Shown here piece after piece: positions 11,627-25,213 of a stretch of DNA of 64,000 nucleotides. The stretch is from contig OZ218964.1 in assembly GCA_965112735.1 (NCBI GenBank), forward strand, positions 2,480,001 to 2,544,000. The letters are read 5' to 3'. Numbering within the stretch: the stretch's first letter is position 1; each line of letters starts with the position of its first letter. The stretch is from Phaeosaccion multiseriatum. Taxonomy: Eukaryota > Protista > Ochrophyta, other classes. The notes beneath the pieces are model-generated. The model was not told the DNA's origin, ran no database searches, and saw nothing but the letters and a program-made list of their open reading frames with translations. Both the position numbers and the translations under genes were made by a program.

Positions 11627-14600
11627 TCACACGCTGCCACCGCAAGAGGCCACCACGAGCTGCCCAGCCGCCGCCCCGCCACCCTCCGCCATGTCCCTCT
11701 TCCGCCCCAGGGCAGCGGCAGCGGCGGCAGCGGCAGTCATATGGGCTGTCGCGGTGCTTGGAAGCTCCGCGCAGGGGGCGGGGGAGGGCGCAGCGGCAGT
11801 CATATGGGCGGTTGCGCTGCTGGGGCCTGGGCTTGGGTTGGCCGCAGCCTTGTCCCTGGATGCCTTCCTGCTGGCCACTCTCCTTCGCAGCAGCTCTGCT
11901 CGCCGCCCCCTTGCCTCTTGCCCCTCCTCCTCCGCCGCCTTCCTCCTCGCCTGAGCCTGCAACGCCGCCGAGTCCATCCCCTCCACAGCGGCGCGGCGGT
12001 GCAGAGAGACAAGATTCTGTAACGCCTGCCTTCGGGAGGTAGGCAGCGCCTCAACGGGCAGACTCTCAGTAGGCAGGGGAAGCAGGGGAAAGCTCAGTCC
12101 GCGCAGAGGCACCACGGTCGTCGTCGGATGGCCATGCCCTCCTACGCAGTGCTTAGGGCTGGGCCTCCCTTGATCACCGCTGCTACTTCTGCTACTGCTG
12201 CTACTGCCCGTGTGACTGCCACTGCCACTCGAACTGCATGCGTCAGGGGCGCCGTCCGTCGCCGCCGGAGCATCTGCCTCCACTCTCTCGGCACCTTGGT
12301 CATCCCCACTGGCATCGTCATCACCGCTACTCTCTCCTCCTCCACCTCTACCTCCAGCAGCAGTCGCACCGGCCGTGAGCCCCCCCGGGCTGGGGCTGGG
12401 CTGACAGGGGCTGGGGCTGGGCTGACAGGGGCTGGGCTCGCACGAGTTAGTACTGAGCGTAGGAGACGCACAGCCCGCAGACCTGAATCCCTTGCCCCTG
12501 ACCCCATCTGTGACACTGCCTCCCGTATCACCACTGCCGCTGTTGCCAAGGCCGCGTGCCTCCAGCCTCTTACGCACCGCCTGGGCCGAGCGCCTCCGTT
12601 GTTCCTGCTGTATCACCAACTGTTCCTGAAAGTGCTTTTCATGCGAGTATCGGAGCCGCGTTGGGGTCAGGCTGCTGGAGCCCTCCTCGTCCTCCTCCAG
12701 ACCGTCCACTATGATTGCCCTGCTTGGGTGCCTATCGCCACCCCCAACCACGAGGGCTGATGCTCCAACCTGTAGCCTGTCCGCTGGAGGCACTCCTTCT
12801 TCCCCGGCCACGGTTTCGCTCCCTTGGCCGCTCGCCTCCTCCCCCTCTTGCTTCTCTTGCTCCGCCTCTATTTCCTCCCCCCCTCCCTCCTCCCCCTCCT
12901 CCTCCTCCTCCTGCTCCTCCTCCTCCTCCTCCTCCTCCTCCTCCTCCTCCTCCTCCTCCTCCTCCTCCTCCTCCTCCTCCTCCTCCTCCTCCTCCTCCTC
13001 TCCGTCCTCATCCTCCTCTTCGCCCCCCCCCCCCCCTTCGTCCTCTCGCCCCGCCCCTTCCTCCTCCGTCTCCGCTCGGCGGTCCCCATCTCCATCTCCA
13101 TCTCCCAGATCCACTCTGGCGATGTTCAGAGGAGTCCACATCATCCCTTCATCGTCCTCGTCGCTTTCCGCTTCGTCTTGCTCGTCATCACTCTTCCCCC
13201 CTTCTGGTAGCCCCTCCCCTCCCCCCTCCCTCCTATCTCCTCCCCCTCTCCCTCTCCCTTCTTCTGTTCTTCCCCATTCCAGTTCATCCGCGCAACCATC
13301 CTCCTTTCTCGTCCTCTTGTCCTCCCCTTCCTCGTCCTCCTTGTCCCCCTCTTCCTCCACCTCCTCCCCCTCCTCCTCCTCCTCCTCCTCCTCCCCCTCC
13401 TCCTCCTCCTCCTCCTCCTCCTCCTCCTCCTCCTCCTCCTCCTCCTCCTCCTCCTCCTCCTCCTCCTCCTCCTCCTCCTCCTCCTCCTCCTCGTCCTCCT
13501 CCCGCTCCTCGTCTACTGCTGAGCCTTCGCTGACAAGTCTCTCCCTCCTCTTGTCCGATAGCTGCCGCGCTACTTGCACCTTCAAGTCCCCAAGGGGGCC
13601 ACTATGCACCCCTGCTTGCGTGTCCGAGCTACCCACTCCTGCTTCAGCTGCCCCTGTCGGCCGCCCACGACCATCGCTGTTGCCGAACTCTTGCTGCCGC
13701 TGTCTCACCAACTGCTGATGATGCTCCTGCTGACGGAAGGTGTGGGTGGCATGAGGCATGCTAACGACGGCGCCCCCAGCACCTCCCAACAGGCTCGCTG
13801 CCCCTCCACCCACCAGAGCGCCGGAGGCACTGCTTGGGTCAAGGCTGGCGGCAAGAAGGCCACTCCCGCCACCGTTTCCGCTCCCCGATGACGCAGCAGC
13901 AGCGGCAGCGGCGGCGGTGGAGGCTCTGTATAGGGCTTCTTGGGCATCGAGGGCTGCGGGACCCAACACGTCGAAGCTGTGGGCGCGTGTGGAGGCGCTC
14001 TGTTGGTGCTGGCGGAAGTGGCACACCGGGCATAGAAGGTGCGGCAAAGGAGGGTCACTCTGTGTGGGGAGGAGGGAGGGGAGAGACATTCAGTGGGTAA
14101 GGGGAGAGAACGATGGTTCTGCGTACGTACGTACTAAAATGGATAAGCAAGCAAGCAAGCAAGCCTATGCTGCTCTCTACAGTTCTGTACCGTACCTGTT
14201 CACACTGCTTGCACCAGCGAGCCGCCGGCATGACGTGGCACCTCTGACAAGGAGTGTGGCCAAGTGAAGGCGCCACAGGGCCGGAACCAGTCGCCGAGCC
14301 TTCGCCATGCACTGCCGCTGCCGCTGCCCCTGCCGCCACCCCTGAGCCTGCCCCTGCCCCTGGAGCCGCCCCCACTGCCCGCTCGCCAACGATCCTCAGG
14401 AAGCGGTGCTGCCTCCTGTCCTCCCCCCCCCCCCCTCCCCCCTGCAGGCCGAGGCTGAGGTGATGCCTCGTGAAGCACGGGCTGCACCACTCGCGGCTCC
14501 TTGCCTCTCCCGGGCAGTCAAGGCAGCGCCGCGCTGACGGCAAGAGCCCGCAGCGAACGCAGAGGTGCCTCTTGCGCGCATCCTTTGGGTCAAGGCCAGC

Positions 14601-16398
14601 ATTGTTTGGGTCAAAGCCAGCATTGTTTGGGTCAAGGGTAGCGCTCGCGGGAGCAGGGGAGTCTGCAGGCGTGGGTTTCCGGGTCGCGGCGCCGCTTGCC
14701 ACCTCCGCCCCACGCGCCCTCTTCCTCTCCGTATCACCAACTGCTCCTTTTGTAAACCTTCCTGCCTCGCCGCGGCGGGCCTGTTCCTCCTCTTCCTTCT
14801 GTTTCTTCTTCTTCTTCTTCTTGTCGTCCTCCCCCCCTCTCTCACCGGCCCTCCCCAGCGTCTGCTGCGCCTTGTTGGCGATGGCCTCGAGCTTAGCGCA
14901 GAAGTCCGTCTCCAAGCCCAAGCACAGCTCCTCCCCTTGCCGCTCAAGTCGCTGCTGCTGCTGATTGGAGCCCTCCGCCCCCCCTCCATCCCCTCCATCC
15001 ACTGCCATCCCCGCCCTGGCCCTACGTAAGTCACGTATCTGTCTGTCAAAGTGCGCCAAATCCCCGTGTGCGTCGAGCAGCAGCGCAGCAAAACCCTTGT
15101 GCCCCTCTGGGTTGTCCTCGTGCCCCCCTGGGTCCTCGTGCCGCCCCCCCCGGGTGAGTAGCCCGTTGGCCCGAAGGCGCTCTTCAGTGGCCCGTAGTGT
15201 TCTCCTTGCCCACCCCAGCGAGTCTCTCAGGCGGCCCTCTAGCCTTTTGCTGCCATCGCTACCACCATCATCGTCATCGCTGCATGGGCTGCCATCGCTG
15301 CCCTCGTCGGCACTCGCTGGGGTCCTGACACCAGACCCTCCCCCTCCTCCTCCCTCCCTCCCCCGTCCCCCTCCTAGCTCCACGCTGTTGTCACTGCTCC
15401 TCCTCCGCCTCCCCTCCCCCCCCTCCTCCCTCCTCCTCCTCCTCCTCCTCCTCCTCCTCCTCCCTGCCGCTTCCTGCGCCTGCAGCGACGGCCCCGCATC
15501 CCTGAGAATCTCCAACCTCTTGGCCTCAAGCTCTCTCTGCCAGGGGTGCAGCAAGCGAGACGAACAAACATGCCGTTTCGGAAGCCCCGCCCGGCCCCCT
15601 CCTCCCCCTCCTCGAGCAGGCGCCGCCGCCGTCCCAGCCTTTCGAGCGCCGCTCTTGCCCGTGGGTACTCGCCTTAGAGAAGCAGTAGGAGCAGCCGTGT
15701 GCCTCTCCTTGGGCCCCTCCCAGAGCCCCAAGCCTACGCGCATCCCGCTGTTCTGCAAGACGCTGCTCTTGAGGTAATCCCCACCCCTCAGGGCTGCCTC
15801 CACCTCCTTGGTCCTCCGCCCCGGTCCGATGGCAGCAGACGGAGTCACTCCATGCCCACTACTCGGAGCGACCTCCTCCCCACCACTCCCCGGCCCGAGC
15901 CCGAGGCGTGAGCTAGCGAGGATGCTGCTTGTAACGTCCAAGTCAGGAGCAGCAGTAGCAGCAGTTGGTGATACGGCCGTCGCCACCCCCTCCGAGCTGC
16001 GTGGTGCCCCGCTCCACTTGGCCTGTCCCCTTTCCATCTCGCGCTGCTTCAAGGCTTGCGAAAGCCTCCCTCTCTGGGCCAGCCTGCGCAAGAAGCTTGA
16101 CGTCCTCCGCCCCATATGCTCCTGCTTGCTCTGCCCCTTGCGTCCCTGCTGAGCGCTTCCTCCGCCTTGCCGCGGCGCACCCGCCCACGCTTGACCTTGC
16201 CAGCACGCCTCAGCCGTAGAGATTCCGGATGAAGACGGCTTGAGCTTCCCGCTGCCGCCACCGCCCTGCTGCTGTATCACCAACTGCTGCCTCTGGACCA
16301 GGGACACCCTCTTCTTGCCCTCCGGCAGATCGCCCTGACTCTTACTTTGGCGCGTCCGGAGCCTCGGACGGGACAGCCGGGCCACCAGCACAGACTGG

Positions 16399-16449
<51 letters not shown>

Positions 16450-19400
16450 ATCACCAACTGCTGCTGTTCGTTTTGCTCGGTGCATGTTGTGTGCCCCTCC
16501 ACCCCAGCGACAGAAGAGCTGTGCACTCCTGCTTCACAGACTTGGGCATCGCTCGGGTCACGGCATTGGGCATCCCTCGAGTGCTGCTGTCGCTGCTCCG
16601 CTGCGAGTACGGGTGTGAGAGGGAGAGAGGGGCATTGGTCATGTAAGCACCGCCTCACAGATGAAGAGCGGGGCTGCCAACACTGAGGACCCCATGTATG
16701 TATGTATGTTACATGTCCTCCTCTTCTGCCTCCTCTCCGTCCTCCCCACCCCTTTCTACCTTTCTACCCCCCCCTTTGTCCCCTTCCTTCCCTTCCTTCC
16801 TCCCCTCTCCTCCTCTCTTTCATCCGCCCTCTTCCTTCTCCCCCACATACCTTCTCCTATCACCTATACACCTTCTCCTATCACCCATATGCCTCATCCC
16901 TCTCGCCCATATGCCTCTTGCTTCTTACCCGTATGCCTCCTCCTGTCACCCATATTCCTCCTTCTGCCCTCCTCCACCTTCTCACCCATACACCTCCTCC
17001 TATCACCCATATACCTCCTCCTTCTCGCCCATATTCCTCTTGCTTCTTACCCGTATGCCTCCTCCTGTCACCCATATTCCTCCTTCTGCCCTCCTCCACC
17101 TTCTCACCCATACACCTCCTCTTATCACCCATATGCCTTCTCCTTCTCGCCCATATGCCTCTTGCTTACCCGTATGCCTCCTCCTGTCGAGCTCTCGATA
17201 GACCTCGTAGCACTTGCTGCACACGAAGCACTCCTTGTACAGCACGGCAGGGTGACGAGGATGGGCATTGAGGACACCCACTCTCTCGCTGTCCCTGTCG
17301 CCGGCCTTACTCTCCCACCACCGCCGCAGCTCAGCGGGCCACCAGAGGGGGGGGGTCCCTCCTCCAGCTGGCGTACCATCACCACCAGCTGCTGCATCAG
17401 CTCTTGCTGCCGCCACTGCCTTAAACAAAACGGCATGGCGGCCGTCGCTGTCCTTGCTCCTCTCGCCACCCACGTCCCCCCTCCCCCCTGCGCCCTCCTC
17501 CCCCCCCCGCCCCTCCTTCTCTTCATAGTCGCAAAAGTCCCCTCCACACGGCTTGGGAGCAGGAGTTACGCTCCAGCCCTTTGTTGACATCCGCGCCCCC
17601 CGGGAGGCCCTCCTACTGCCGCCGTCGGAGCTGCGGCTGCCGATATGCCTGCTTCCTCTGCTACTGCCCACATGCCTGCTCTCTCTCGACAAGTGTTGTT
17701 CTCTCCACTGCAGTGACCCCTCCGCCTCCGCCTCCGCCTCCCCCTCCCTTCGACCTATTGACTGCCCCAACACTGCTTCATCATCATTTTGATCTTCTTC
17801 GTCCTCATGCACACCTGTTGGTGCTTCATCACGTTCGTTCTGTCCTCTCTGTGCGCTCTCCCCCTCCGCCTCGCCGCCGTCTGGCCTGTGAAAGCCGAGC
17901 CCCTCCTCTCCACTCACTCCGGCAGGCCCCACCCTCCCGCCACCGTTATGCGTGGAAGGAGGCCCGTTCTCCTCACCCTCACCCTCACCCTCACCCTCAG
18001 TCCCACCCTGGTCCTCTCCTTGACCCTTACCCTGACCCCCGTCCTGACCCTCCCCCTGGTCCTGCCCCTTCCCCTGACCCTGGTCCTGATGTTCCTCGTT
18101 GTGGAAGGCAGGAGGAGGGGGGGGCACAGGCTGGGGCCCGACAAGCATCACCATCTCCGGCGGCGGCGTCACGGCGAGTCCCCTCTCCCTCTCCCTCTCC
18201 CTCTCCCTCTCCCTCTCTCTCCCCCTCTCTCTTTCCCTCTCCCTCTCCCTCTCCCTCTCCCTCTCCCTCTCCCTCTCGTCCCCAGGGTGGCGGGTGGAGG
18301 CGTGGCGTCTGTGGGATCTGCCTGCTCTGGCCCCTCCCGGGTTTGGGTTTGTTTTCTTCGGCGCACATAGCAGCTCCACACAGCGCTCGAGCCACACACG
18401 CACGCCCACCCCCTCGGGATCCCCTCCCCCGCTGCCGTCGGCCCGCCTGATGACTCCACTGCCGCCACCGCCTCTCTTGCTGCCCCTCTTGTTCCTCTCG
18501 CCAGCGGTACTGCTGTCCCCCCCGCCGCCGCTACTGCTCCTGCTGCCACTGTTGCCACTACTACCACTGCTTCGGCCCTCGTCTTGCACTTGCACCCCGT
18601 AGGAAACGGTCATGCGCACGACTCGCACACCACGAACGTCCTCCACGAAGCGCACCAACCTGGTGTCGGGACACAAAGTAGGATATGGACACGTTTGGTG
18701 TGCTGACCTGGCGTCTGACGACTCACAGATGGTTATCGGGACGGACTGCGTCGCTACTTTTGGAGACCTCTCCTCTCCTCTTCCTTACCTGCGTATAACG
18801 GCCTCCACTGCCTTATTAACACGCGCTGCTCTCGATGCTAGAAGCACCTCCGCCCCCCCACACGCTTTGGCTGTGCCCCCTCCGCCTCCTCCCCCTTCGC
18901 TCTCCCCCGACAGCAGCCCCTCGCACACCACTCTGAAGGTGGACACGAGCGTGCCGGAAGAGGTGTGCACGGTAGCGGGCCGCGCCTCAGATACACCATC
19001 ATCACCCACTAGGCGATATCGCGCATGGTATTGGTGCAGGTGAGGCCTAGAGGAGGACGAGGAGGAGGAGGAAGAGGCGGAGGAGGAGGACGCCGAGGCG
19101 GAGGAGGAGCGCGAAGAGGACACCGGGTACGTCCCGAGGGAAGATGTGACGGCTGCGACCGCCGCTCCACCTGCCGCTCCGACAGCGGTGACCTGCCCGG
19201 AGAGCACGAGTTGGCCCCACTTTGCATCGTCCAGCAGCACCGCTGCCTGTCCGTCCTCCGCCGCTGAGCGCCGTGTGACTGCTGCCCCTGCTGCTGGGGG
19301 CTGCATGTCAGCGCCACTTTTATCGCTGCGGTTGGCCAACAGCGCAGTGGCAAAGGGAAACTGGGGCCCGCTGGCGTACCCGCGCTGGAGAGACTGCAGG

Positions 19401-19939
19401 GGGGGAGGGGCACCGCAAGTAAGGTGGAAAGGACCAAACCAAAAGGAAAGCTTTCAATGTCAGGAGACAGAGACAGGAAGCGTATACCCCCCCCCTCCCC
19501 CCCATACTTGATTTCTCTCTTGGGTACGTACCAGCTGCAGCAAGCGTTGCTTGAGATTGGGCCATGTGGTGTTGGCAAAGGCCTTTCTCATCACCCGGCC
19601 GTCTTTGGCCGTGAATAGCCATCTTTCGATCGCCCGATGACCCGCCTGGGCCCGAGGACTGGCTGCAGAGGGACTCAGCAGCGCCACGTCCGCAATGTCG
19701 ATCTTGGGGTGGGTGTTGGACAAGGAGAACGAGTCCCACACCCACACCGCGGCTGAGGGAGAGCGAGGGAGGAAGGGCAGGCAAGCACAAGTACAGCAGC
19801 AAAACATGAGCCTCTTCCATCGTACTGGCGACTGAGCATTTCTTTCTCTCAGCCTTTCCTTATTGCGCAGCTGCCAATGCCCAAAGGTAGTCGTACCTGA
19901 GCTTCCTTGGAGGCTGAGGAGCACGTCTTCAGTACTCAT
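11627..19939 (-). CDS. Very large (about 2,500 aa) low-complexity protein with two B-box-like zinc fingers and a further Cys-containing region; at least 6 exons
   Basis: In-frame splices link ORFs 19460-19939, 18785-19339, 17003-18676, 14055-16658 and 11627-14089 (donors at 19531, ~18788, 17169, ~14195). Motifs include CGGDFC, CFVCSKCYEVY, CVRC..CLDC..CSPCFTRHH and CQRC..CKQC..CPVCHFRQH, plus poly-E/Q tracts. Confidence 0.7.
16850..17188. repeat. Intronic minisatellite (about 120-bp period, about 20-bp subunit CCCATATGCCTCCTCCT) that copies the exon end and 5' splice site
   Basis: CTTACCCGTATGCCTCCTCCTGTC occurs at 16924, 17046 and 17165. Confidence 0.85.
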
Positions 19940-20329
19940 CTTTTGCAGCTTAATCCTCAGCAGCCGCAGCTTAAGGGCCGCATGGCGTCATGTGCAAAGA
20001 GTCTCCCATCATAGCACTACGCCGATGAAGAGGAAAGAGGCGCTGCTGCTGCTCCAGCAGCATTAATTTTAAGGATTTTTTAGAAACGAGTCACTGTGAG
20101 CTCGGCAGTTGAGAATCGTATGCACATGTTCGCTCGGAAACCATCCGTTCAGTATGAGTTTAAGTTTGCTGGCGCCCAATCCCTTTCCTCTCTCTTTCCC
20201 CTCTTGATTCAAACCTTATGCATTCAACACCTTATACTACGTAATGCTACGTATCCTCTTCGCTACTGTACGCCTCCCGAAGGACCCCCCCGAAAGTCTC
20301 AGTATTAGACCACCAAGCACTACCGGGAG

Positions 20330-20530
20330 GCAGAAGATTCGTGACCGTCGGACTCCGGCGATCCGCCCTGCGAGCCGGACAAAGCCCCTCGGGTAAGCCC
20401 CTCGGGTAGCTGTGCAGGCAGCGGGGTACATGCTGGAACCCGGAGCTCCCTCAGGGCGGCCGGCAACGTCCCCAGGGGGGGCACGTGCAACCACTCTCCA
20501 GCATGAGCTTCTCCAATCCACAAGGTCTAA
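20330..20530 (-). pseudogene. Degenerate second copy of the FNIP gene 3' end
   Basis: CGLEKLMLESGCTCP/LGTLPAALRELRVPACTPLPAQLPEGL matches the end of the 20617-22407 ORF, with an internal deletion and a frameshift. Confidence 0.75.
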
Positions 20531-20616
20531 CCTATTGCCAGTTTATATTTAGCTTCAGCCGGCGCCACATGGCCACAATGGGCAGCTTCCCCAACTAACA
20601 GGTCTCCCACTGCACA

Positions 20617-22152
20617 CTAACTACTGCAAAAGAAAAAGGGACACAGCCCCTCGGGCAGCTGCGCAGGCAGCGTGGTGAAGCACGGAACCCGGAGCTCCCT
20701 GAGGCCAGCCGGCAACGTCCCCAGGGGGCATGTGCAGCCACTGCCGAGCATTAGAGTCCGCAGGGAGGCAGGAAGGTCCAGAGGGAGATTAAAGTCACGC
20801 CCCACTTCCAGCTTCTCCAGCCCACAGGGAAAGACCACGTGCTGATTGAACTTCCTGCCGAGAGTGATCTTCTTCAGCGAGGCTGGCAGGTCCAGAGGGA
20901 GGTTAAAGTCACCTCTCATCTCCAACTCCTCCACGCCACAAGGGAGGACCAAGGACTGATTGAACGCTGCACCAAGAGTGATCTTCTTGAGGGAGCCAGG
21001 CAGGTTCAGAGGGAGGTTAAAGTCACGCCCCATTACCACCTCCTCCACGCCACTAGGAAGGACCACGTGCTGATTGAACTGGTCGCCAAAGGATACCTTC
21101 CTGAGTGAAGAAGGGAGGGTCAGGGGCGTGCTAAAGTTCCGCCCCAGTACCAACTCCTCCACGCCGCAAGGTAGGACCACGTGCTGCTTGAACTTGCTGC
21201 CGAAGGAGATTTTCTTGAGCGAGGCGGGCAGGTTCAAGGGGAGGTTGAAGTCACTCCGCATCGCCAGCTCCTTCAACCCACAAGGAAGAACAATTTCTTG
21301 ATTGAAGGCTGCCCCGAGCGTGATCTTCTTGAGCGAGGCAGGCAGGATCAGGGGGCGGTTGAAGGCACCCCCCCCCAAATATACCTCCTCCACGCCAGCA
21401 GGAAGAGCCAGGTGATGATTGTAGTCGTCGCAAAAGAGCAAAATCTTCTTCACAGAGGCAGGGAGGTCCAGAGGGAGGTCAAAGCTCTCCCCCATGCTCA
21501 CCTCCTCCACGCCACGGGGGAGCAACACGCGCTGATTGAATTCGTTGCCGAGGGTGATCTTCTTGATCGAGGAAGGGAGGTCCAGAGGGAGGTTAAAGTC
21601 CCAGCCCATGTCCACCTCCTCTACACCGCAAGGAAGAACCACGTGCTGGTTAAACTTTGAGTACCCATCAAAATGGAGCTTCTTCAGGGAGGCCGGGAGG
21701 TCCAGGGGGAGGTTAAAGTCCTCCCCCATTACCACCTGCTCCACACCACAAGGAAGGACCAGGTGCCGATTGAAAAGAGACGAATGCACAAATACAAGCT
21801 TCTTCAGGGAGGCAGGTAGATCTAAGGGGTGATTAAAGTCCTGCCCCATCCCCACCTCCGCCACTGTGCTTGGCAGAGATACATCAGCCTGATCGAAAGA
21901 GTGGGCGAAATACACACATTTAACCGATGGTGGTAGCAGCGCCAAGGCCTTAGTGACTAGCGCGTTGTCGGCAGCAGTCAGATCGGCGCTAGGGCGGAAG
22001 ATATGGAGGCCAAGCCCCACGGCTGTGACACGAAAGAACCCCCCCCCGTGCTGCTGCTGCAGCTGCTGCTGTTCGTCCTCCAGGGCCCGGATCCTCTTTG
22101 ACCTTCGCAGTCCCTCCGCATGCCTATGCCTTCTCTTACTCGCGACAGGGAT

Positions 22153-22185
<33 letters not shown>

Positions 22186-22407
22186 TGACGAAGGGCGCAG
22201 AGCAGCGTCATTCTTCTCGTCATCTTCCCTCTGCCGCTTGAGCACCCTCAGAATGCGTTCCTGGACATCCTTCGGCATGTCCCCGCTGATGGACAGAGTG
22301 CGTGAAGTGACCTCATCGACCTCCTTGCACACGCCCCACAGAGCTTTGTCTGAGATGAGGCTGGCCACGGTGATCAAAGCCGATGTTCCCGAGCTGCGTG
22401 TCGTCAT
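20617..22407 (-). CDS. Intronless FNIP-repeat (LRR-like) protein, 596 aa
   Basis: About 20 tandem FN(Q/L)-x-LxLP-x-S/G-LKK/VEE-L-x-G repeats arranged as 40-aa (120-bp) doublets. Confidence 0.9.
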
Positions 22408-22671
22408 CGTCAGTCTCGTCGTCCCCTTTTTGCTGCACGATTCCCCTGCGTACCCGCTCCTCCTGCTGCTGCCGATATGAGTCTATGCTGCTCAATGGAG
22501 AGGTGTTGCGAGGCGGGGGGGGGAGGGGGGATCAAAGAAATAAACGCGGATGCGCGCGCGCACGAAAGAAAAAAACCGCCCCACAACTGGCAACATCTGG
22601 GTACGGATCACCATGTCACGTACGTATCTCATGATTTTCGATTTTCCGTCTCTCAGTGTCGCGCGCCCAAT

Positions 22672-24578
22672 ATGGGGCTTCCTCTCTTCGCACGCTTGGC
22701 TGTGGCTGGCATAGCACTAATGATTGTTGCTGTGCTCCCTCTTGCCGCCTTTCTGTCGCCGCCATGCGGACGGAGAGGAGGGAGAGCTACACTGGGGGCA
22801 GCATCAGGGAGAGCACCAGGCCGTAGGGCGCCAGGCCACTCTGCTGCTTCGGCTTGTGGGAGTACTCGGGGAACAACTAGCATCGGTGGTAGTCGTCGTG
22901 ACGGTGACGGTGATGATGATTGTGCGGCAGGACGAAGACCTGAGCGAGCTGGGTGTGAAGGAGGCGAGTCCTCGTCTGAGTGTTTCGGCGGAGGCGGATG
23001 GGACCGAAGAGAGCTGCTCCTGCGAGGTGTTCGCGCTTCTGCAGCTGTGGGCAGTGTCGCAGTGGTGGCAGCCTCCTTGCCGGCCGCAACCTCTGCTAGA
23101 GGCCTGCCTGAGGTAAGAACCTCTGCTGAGACGCGCTCCACTCCCGTCACTTGGTTCTCTCCAAACCCCTTGACACTTCCCCTCTACGCCTGATTCATCG
23201 CTGATACCATCACAACCACCACCACCACCACCACCACCACGATCTCCTCCACCACCACCACCACCACCACCTTATCCAGAGTACAGGCGCGAGTGGGGCT
23301 GGGCGTGGCACGGCGGAACGCCTCGCCCCCATCCTCGGCCTAAAACTCGACATTGAACACACGCTGGCGGCGCTGGGAAAGAGCAGTGGTAGTAGTAGCA
23401 GCAGGAGTAAGGAGAAGGCTTGGGAGGAGGAGGACTTGCTCAAGAGCTTTGCAGCCAGCAGGGTGGCCATGAGGGCTGAGCCAGGCATCCCGATGGAGGA
23501 GAAGGCAGTGAAGAGACTCTTCGACGAATTCAGGTGCAGTGATGCTTTTGCACTACTCTTACTTGCGGAGAGAGGAGGAGACAGGGGAGTCGAGGTGGTG
23601 GGACAGTACTTGTACTTGGCTGATGCCGCGCACACCCCTTTGGCTTGGGCCCAAGAAGGCAGCGGATGGCCAATCTGGCCATGCCATCGAAATTGGCACG
23701 CCTGTGGGTTCTCGTACCGCCCCGCGCTCCTGACCCAACCACTCTCTCACGCTCACCCCGCCCCCCTCCTGTCTTGCTGCCTCTGGTGCTTCTACAGCGA
23801 CCCTATCACCCCGAAAGATCAATGGAAAGACAAGAACGCGTTCGTGGTCTATTATAGCAAAGGGTTCGACGGGCCAGGCAGACCCTCGATGGTGGGTGGG
23901 TGCGTGCGTGCGGGTGTGCATATGTATAGAGGAGGTGTGGCAGTAGAGCTTCTCCGATGGTCTCTCTCCCCGTGACGGCTCTCCCGGCCCACCCGGCTCT
24001 GCCCCCCATCCTTTCGTACACTTCCTGCCTTACACCTCTCTGCCTCTGCTCCATCTGTTCCCCCAAGGAGGCCGACGAGGACGGGTCTGAGGCAAGGCGG
24101 AATCTGCAGTACGGACTGCGGAACGATTTCTGGGTGGCCATTAGTGAGGCCAAGGCAGAAAGTGAGCAACCAAGTTGGGCAAGGGGTTGATAGGGTGTAA
24201 AAAGGTCCTGGGTAGTTTCCTCTTACCGTGCCCTCCATCACGGGCCTGGTGTCCTCACTCCTCACACCTCCTCACGCCCGTGCGACTCTGTCGAGCCCCC
24301 CCCCCCCTTCTCTCTTCCTCCCCTCATCCCTGACCACCCTCCGCCTCTTCCTCCACCTGCCCCCCCTTGCCTCCTGTTGGGATGCGCACCCCAATGCTCA
24401 ATTCACAACACACTCTACCATGAATGGCCACACAACAGCGGAGTACTTGCGGGACAGTGGGGAGGAGGACGTGACGGAGCTTAGAGGAGCCCTTGAGAGG
24501 GCTCTCAAGGCGGTGACGGAGTATACGGAGCTCGCCCCGTTGGATGTGTTGGAGGAGGCTCGGAGGTTAACGCAATAG
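22672..24578 (+). CDS. Plastid-targeted, probably thylakoid-lumen protein, 5 exons
   Basis: Exons 22672-23112, 23280-23533, 23798-23891, 24068-24161 and 24439-24578 splice in frame. The presequence has a signal peptide ending LPLAA-F, a transit peptide and a twin-Arg DRRELL + hydrophobic A-x-A segment. The core is FDEFSDP..NAFVVYYSKGFDGPGRPS..LQYGLRND. Confidence 0.75.
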
Positions 24579-24599
24579 CAGCCAGATAGATGGAGGCGA

Positions 24600-24892
24600 G
24601 GAGAGGAGAAGATTAGAGAGAGGAGAGAAGAGGGGAGGAAAGGAGAGGAGAGGAGAGGAGAGGGGAGAGGAGAGAGGAGAGGGGAGGGGGTGGGAAAGGA
24701 GAGGAGGGTAGAGGAGAAGAAAGGAGAGGGAATGGGAGGGGGGGGCAGAGGAGAAGAAAGGAGAGGGAATGGGAGTGGGGGGCAGAGGAGAAGAAAGGAG
24801 AGGGAATGGGAGTGGGGGGCAGAGGAGAAGAAAGGAGAGGGAATGGGAGGGGGGGGCAGAGGAGAAGAAAGGAGAGGGAATGGGAGTGGGAG
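24600..24892. repeat. Purine-rich tandem repeat (about 37-bp unit GGGGGCAGAGGAGAAGAAAGGAGAGGGAATGGGAGT x~5)
   Basis: Directly visible between two convergent stop codons. Confidence 0.85.
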
Positions 24893-25213
24893 GCGCTTGT
24901 TTCGATTTCTGGGAAGCACTTGCGTATTACCTCCCACTCGCCCAATATGCACATAAATATGAAGAGAGAAAACAACCTCGATCCCCTCCCCCCCGAGGAA
25001 TAATGTAGCAAAGGCCAGAGAGTAGTGCGATAGCTTTTCTGCTGAGGAAGAAAAGGCTACAGTACCACACATCAAGCGAAAAAAACCTCACGTGACAATG
25101 TGCATTCCTTCGCTTCAGACCGTAGAAGAAGAGTGCTCAGAGCCGGTGGTGCAGCCCCCCTTGCCCTTGGAGCTCTATACCACCACTCGATCTGCTCCGT
25201 CTCTTCCTTAGAG

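Noticed and set aside
12711-13718. Long plus-strand poly-S/poly-P/poly-L ORFs (also 51189-51671 poly-C, 16661-17587, 4576-5559)
   Set aside because: They are antisense or alternate-frame shadows of triplet repeats and GC-rich coding sequence.
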